DNA of 56,307 bases, counting the filler, from Sphacelaria rigidula (taxonomy: Eukaryota): NCBI GenBank assembly GCA_964200075.2. It is 5 parts of 5 records of this genome, joined end to end, with 100 filler letters (N's around TTAATTAATTAA, not from the genome) between each part and the next. Parts side by side here need not be neighbours in the genome. Positions count along the whole stretch, not along the records: positions 45,129 to 56,307 come from CAXNAA020005279.1; 4 more parts are not named here. One strand, given 5' to 3'. The position numbers and the translations under genes were made by a program. Shown piece after piece: positions 51,501-56,307 of this stretch (positions within the stretch are counted from its first letter, which is position 1; the number at the start of each line of letters is the position of its first letter). The notes under the pieces are model-generated. The model did not search any database. It was not told where the DNA came from and saw only the letters and a list, made by a program, of their open reading frames with translations.

Positions 51501-53940
51501 CTTCGAGAGTATGCCTGCATAGTAGTCCCGAAGCAAGTGGGAGAACAAAATTCGTACCCTGAGGCCGTGTCTTTCGAAAACCCCCCCGACTCGAACGAGT
51601 TCGTGCGGCGGAACTGGTTCAGTTCGCTTTGCTAGGTTTGGGTCTGAGCGAATTTGCACGCTTTGAATCGAAAAGGCTAGGCGAAATTCGTGAAGCGGTA
51701 CTTCTTTACTTAAATTTAATAGACAGTAGTACAGTACACACAGTACAGACTGTACAACAGTGGCGACCTGTACTGCCCAGATGGTGTGTGTTCGCACAGC
51801 ATGCGGGCGCGATGTGCAAAAGAAGCGGGCAACGCGGCACACAGCAGATTTGACGGGCACACAGCAGGATGCGAAGCAGATTTGAACTACGTGCAGTTTT
51901 TGACCGCCTCTACTGTACATGAGCGCGTTGGCAATTCAATCGCCCACCCCAACACGCAACTCCGTCGGTGGACCCTGCCACAAAATTAGATGCCTAAGTT
52001 TTCGCCAAGAAAAACGAACACATCATACCAAAACAGTGGTGGTGTCGGTTTCCATCTCTGCAGTGTATGTATCCCTGCGCTCACTTCGTGATCTATGCCG
52101 CAGGGTTGAGTGGGTAGCTGCGAATGAACCATATGGGTTTTGCGTAAATCGTGAAAGGGTAGTATCTAGCACGGTTGTCTGCAACATGGAAGTTACGGGC
52201 CGCTTCGTTCATTCCGCCGCTCGTTTCGCTCGAAAAAGCTAAGCTCTTCTGTTTTCGACCCTGCCCGTCACGCGCAACTAATTATAAGATGGACTTGAAG
52301 CCATGAAGGAATATAGATGCCGTGGACGTATCAGATTCGGCCTCGTAACGATCAGTTCGATTCGACCGCATGTTTTCGAGTCGATTTTGTTCTTGTAAGA
52401 CACGGCCTGAACTGCACTTAGCCATCGTGTGGTGTGGTATCGACCATCAAGAACGGCTTAGCCGTGTTGTCACGCAGAGATTATGATTGCTCCGAAAATA
52501 TGAAGACAGCTCCCTCAATGACGTGCATATTTCCTCAGATTCAACAGGGCGATGTTATGGATACAACACAGGGCAACATACCTGTGCCATGACCCCACAT
52601 CAACGATCATCTGGAAAATACTTTTGTCGGACTGAGCAATCACAGCACCGCACCCTCACCTCCAAAACCCAGAGCTGATGTTCAGGCTCGTTCTTCACTG
52701 CAGTGCCGATTGTCCAGGCCGCCAACTCGCGGACAGCCTCGGTTCGCGACACATCCAACATCGACGCCAGGATGGGGAACCCCCCAAGCGAGTGGAAATC
52801 TCTGGCCATGTCGATGTCCGACAGCAAGTCTTCCAGGTCGATGAGAGCAAGCTCAACAGCGGACTCCGGCGAGTCGGCGGCCTGAAGGACTTCTATGCGC
52901 GCCATAAGGAGCTCGTTGACCTTGGGCATGGCGTCATACGCTTCTTTTAGCTCTTGCTGCCTTACGTCCCACAGATCCTGTAGTTTAGATAGACGTTCCG
53001 TGAGAGGCATAGCGCGCACAGCTTCAACGTCGAGTTTCATTCGGAGACGCTCGTCTTCAGGGATGGTCTCGAGGGCGGCCAGCATCCTATCGGCCCTCGC
53101 GGCATCGTTGTCTTCTACTTTGTGGTCGTCGAGTCGCGCAATAGACTCCAAGGCCTCCGTGGATAGTCTGACGGAGAAGTCTCCATCGTCCTGCCGTTCT
53201 TGTCCTGTTGGTGCCACGATTCCCTGGCGAAGTAACGTCGGAAAATGCACGAGTAGAATCAGTTGATTTTCAGTGATATAACGTGCGATGTACTAGGCGG
53301 GCGGTGCCTTCTACTTCAACGAGTGACCGATGAGTTATGCTGGAGAACGCCAACCCAGGCCCGGGTACGGCGGTATGCTGACACTGCCTTCACTGTACTA
53401 TACTGTCTGTACTGCCGATACAATACCTCCTACACTCGCATGCATATCCAACTACAAGATGACTTGCTCGTTCATTTTAGCAGCCGAAATTCTTCAGTGG
53501 TACAGCGCAGTACAGCAAACCACACGCTGAGATTTCAATGACCGGAACTCAATACATTGCAGAGTGCTGGAAGTGGGCAACAAGGGACAACCAAGGAGCC
53601 ACGGTTTGTTCATCGGCACAGAACAGCAGCCGAGGAGCGAAATGCAGCTGCGGGTCGACTGCACAACAGCAAGGTTGCCAAAAACTGTTGGTACTGCACT
53701 GACCGTACCAAACATTGAACTCGGGGCAGTGCCCAGCCAACATAAATACGACACGCTACCGTTTCAATTGGTTTCAAGAGCTAGCTCTTCTTCAGCTCTA
53801 TTTTGTTCCCATCGGACACCCTCCATACTGCAGACACTCGCCTTCTCGTCCCCAGTGGCCGATACAAGTAAGCTACACTGGATGAACATCACAACGACAA
53901 TCAACACGCCCGTAAGAAGGCTCCGCCATCTTGCCGCCAT
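48596..53940 (-). CDS. SIL1/Fes1(HspBP1)-like Hsp70 nucleotide-exchange factor with signal peptide, 3 exons, ~411 aa
   Basis: Exons 53842-53940, 52660-53223 and 48596-49168, all phase 0. Hydrophobic N-terminus. LEDLLSDIDMARDFHSLGG, VRELAAWTIGTAVKNEP and KLVYALSACLSNNAEVQLEF are Fes1/SIL1 ARM motifs. Confidence 0.88.
49300..51680 (-). pseudogene. Unidentified coding sequence nested in intron 2 of the SIL1-like gene (same strand)
   Basis: Protein-like open stretches at ~51170-51680, ~50064-50340 and ~49300-49910 (the last hydrophobic: WAYSFTILGVAVVAVMYWIMYVRVHQ). The host exons already join in frame without them. Confidence 0.45.
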
Positions 53941-54615
53941 CGCGATTCTCGTTATTTCCAAAACGAATGGAACCAAGGGAATACACCGTTTCTTGTTGGG
54001 TGAGGCGCTCTGTTGATCAGTGCAGCGGGCGCTGGGTTGAGGGTTGGGATGTTGCAGGCGGTGCAGTGTGCGCTGGACGTGCTTAGATTTGAACATGGAA
54101 AAGGTTCGAAAAAGGTTCTCAGTTCTGATTGGTCCGCGAATCCGTTCATCGGGGTTCCACGTGGTAGCGGAAAACCACAAAGTTGAGACACTCCGAACGT
54201 CGAAATGACCATTCGAGCGCTGCGGCACAGAGACTAGCCTCATGATTATTAATCAAGCGAGGATGATACCAATCCATCATGTAAACACGCTGGGCATTGG
54301 GAGTTGAGCTTAAATGATAAAAAAAAATTACCCAAGAGACTTTGGGCGGTCCCGCACGCACCGTGAATTTCAACACCGTACCACCGCGTGTGTTTCACCG
54401 TGATTTTCAACACCGTGCTTTTACCTGATCTGTACCACAGAAACGGCAGCCTATCTGAATTGAGGATGGAGCTTTGCGTTGAGGACGATAACTCGGATAA
54501 TTGAAAGATTCGTGTACCCAAACCAATTATTTGCAATAATTTCGCATTCCTTCACTTCTACCAGGAGGAGAAGACGAACCGTGACAGCATTTCTGACTCT
54601 AGTAGCTGTTATGTC

Positions 54616-54780
54616 ACAACAACAACAACAACAACAACTACTACTACTACTACTACTACTACTACATTAGCCTGTGACCATTGAAGGCGTCCGCATCAGA
54701 TGCTCGGTACAAAGTACTGCGCAGATATCGGAATGTTTTTCAATGCGAACACAACAACAACAACAACAACAACAACAGCA
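54616..54780. repeat. (CAA)n(CTA)n and (CAA)n trinucleotide repeats
   Basis: Seen directly at 54616-54665 and 54751-54780. Confidence 0.95.
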
Positions 54781-54833
54781 ACACGTCAACCAAATGATTT
54801 GGATTCCGCATACGGCAATAATATGCAATATAT

Positions 54834-55767
54834 CAAAGGTGCTCCCCGTATCCCGTACGGGGCCGGTATCCCGTACAACAGTTTCACCCGTACCCGTATT
54901 CTGGGCACGGCCAGTATCCACCCGTACGAGTCGGCAGAAATACCTAGTATCGCCAGTATCCACCCGTGCGAGTCGGCAGAAAAACCCAGTGTCGCCAGTA
55001 TCTGCCAGTACAAAGCGGCGAATTACCCAGTATCGCCAGTATCCGCCGGTACGGGGCCGCGAAATACCTAGTATCCCCAGTATCCGCCGGTATTTTTGGC
55101 GAAATACTCAGACATAATCCGAAAAGAGATGTCATATTTTCCAGTACCTGTATCAAGGTACAGCGAGAGACACTCTACAGAGATGTCGTATTTTCCAGTA
55201 CCTGTATCAAGGTACAGCGAGGGACACTCTGCCCCACATATACACACACGAAGAAGAACCCACTGGTCAACCCCCACATACACCAACCCCATGGTTTTCC
55301 TGCCGCTGCGTGCTTGCTGATATTTTCTACTGCGTTATGTGTTGTTTTTTGTGATGGGAAGATGATGCACTTACATGAGGCGGCGAAATACCCAGTATCG
55401 CCAGTATCCGCCAGTACGAGGCCGCGAATTGTCCAGTAGTATCGCCAGTATCCGCCAGTATGAGGTGGCGAAATGCCCAGTATCGCCAGTATCCGCCAGT
55501 ACGAGGCCGCAAATTACCCAGTATCGCCAGTATCCGTCAGTATGAGGTGACGAAATACCCAGTATATCGTCAGTGTCCGCCATTATGAGGCGGTGAAATA
55601 CATACGCAGTACTACCAGTATTCGCCAGTATCAGGCTGCAAAATACGCAATAATATCACCCGCATCCACCAGTATGATATGAGGAATTACGGGGGGCGTA
55701 CGGATATGGGCCAGTACGGAAATCCACACGGGCCATACTGGTACAGGTCATACGGGGAGCATCTTTG
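54834..55767. mobile_element. Non-autonomous TIR DNA transposon (hAT- or P-type) with internal ~40-bp tandem arrays
   Basis: TIRs CAAAGGTGCTCCCCGTAT and ATACGGGGAGCATCTTTG; perfect 8-bp TSD CAATATAT (54826-54833 and 55768-55775). Internal arrays of CCAGTATCGCCAGTATCCGCCAGTA(C/T)GAGG..GCGAAATAC. Confidence 0.92.
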
Positions 55768-56307
55768 CAATATATATAGGATGAAGACGTCAGTTTGTAC
55801 ATGCACGGTAAGAAATAATGGGCCAACAGCGATCAGGGGAGGTCTACGCGCTTCTTCTTACACCAACACAAGGAGGAAGCTTATTGGCATGGCCCAGTCT
55901 TCAAGTAAGTCTTCTTTGTTCCCTGCCTTGGTGTGCACACCCCTTTGAATTTCGCTGACCGTAGGTTTGGTATATACTTCGTCGCTTTTTTGGAATCCCC
56001 CCCCATTTATACTGTATATATAAATAGATAGGGTCAACTTTTCTGATTATATTTTCCTACAGTAGCGGCATTTTTTCCTCGTGATTTTTTACAAGATACC
56101 AGGGGAAAATACGAACCGTGAGAAACGGCCTCAGGTGAACAAACAAGTTTGGGGTTTCTTATCGTTAGTGATGCGATTTGCCAAAAGTTACGGCTAGCAG
56201 GTAAAGGATAATGCAACCATATAACAACCGATTTTATATTTTGGGGTTCATACAAAATATGGGGTTGAAGTGGCATTTCTCTCTTGCACGGAAGACCCGA
56301 AACACTA

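Noticed and set aside
50775-51920. 381-aa ORF as one intact gene
   Set aside because: Both ends read like intronic low-complexity sequence; only the ~51170-51680 core looks coding.
54910-55640. CRISPR-like array or repeat-protein ORFs
   Set aside because: Head-to-tail minisatellite inside a TIR/TSD element; the ORFs are translations of the repeat.

Overview
Eukaryotic nuclear DNA, intron-rich and repeat-rich. A flagellated stramenopile, probably a brown alga, is my inference from gene style and IFT57. The window is not one locus. It is five contigs of almost identical, descending length (1-11183, 11284-22466, 22567-33748, 33849-45028, 45129-56307) joined by artificial 100-nt N44-TTAATTAATTAA-N44 linkers, so nothing can be inferred across the linkers. 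Contig 1: the last 8 exons of IFT57 plus foldback and simple repeats. Contig 2: a decayed full-length Ty3/Gypsy LTR retrotransposon, a MITE, an unusual tRNA-derived double-hairpin foldback element and a possible USP-like protease remnant. Contig 3: no intact gene, but several decayed coding fragments, including what reads as a fossil ATP-dependent DNA ligase. Contig 4: a complete 2-exon SNAP-25-like SNARE gene and the last exon of an ABC-F gene. Contig 5: the last exon of an hnRNP-A/Musashi-like RRM gene, a complete 3-exon SIL1/Fes1-like gene (likely GC-AG intron; unexplained coding sequence nested in intron 2) and a TIR element with a perfect 8-bp TSD. All family assignments come from motif recognition by eye; no database searches were run.
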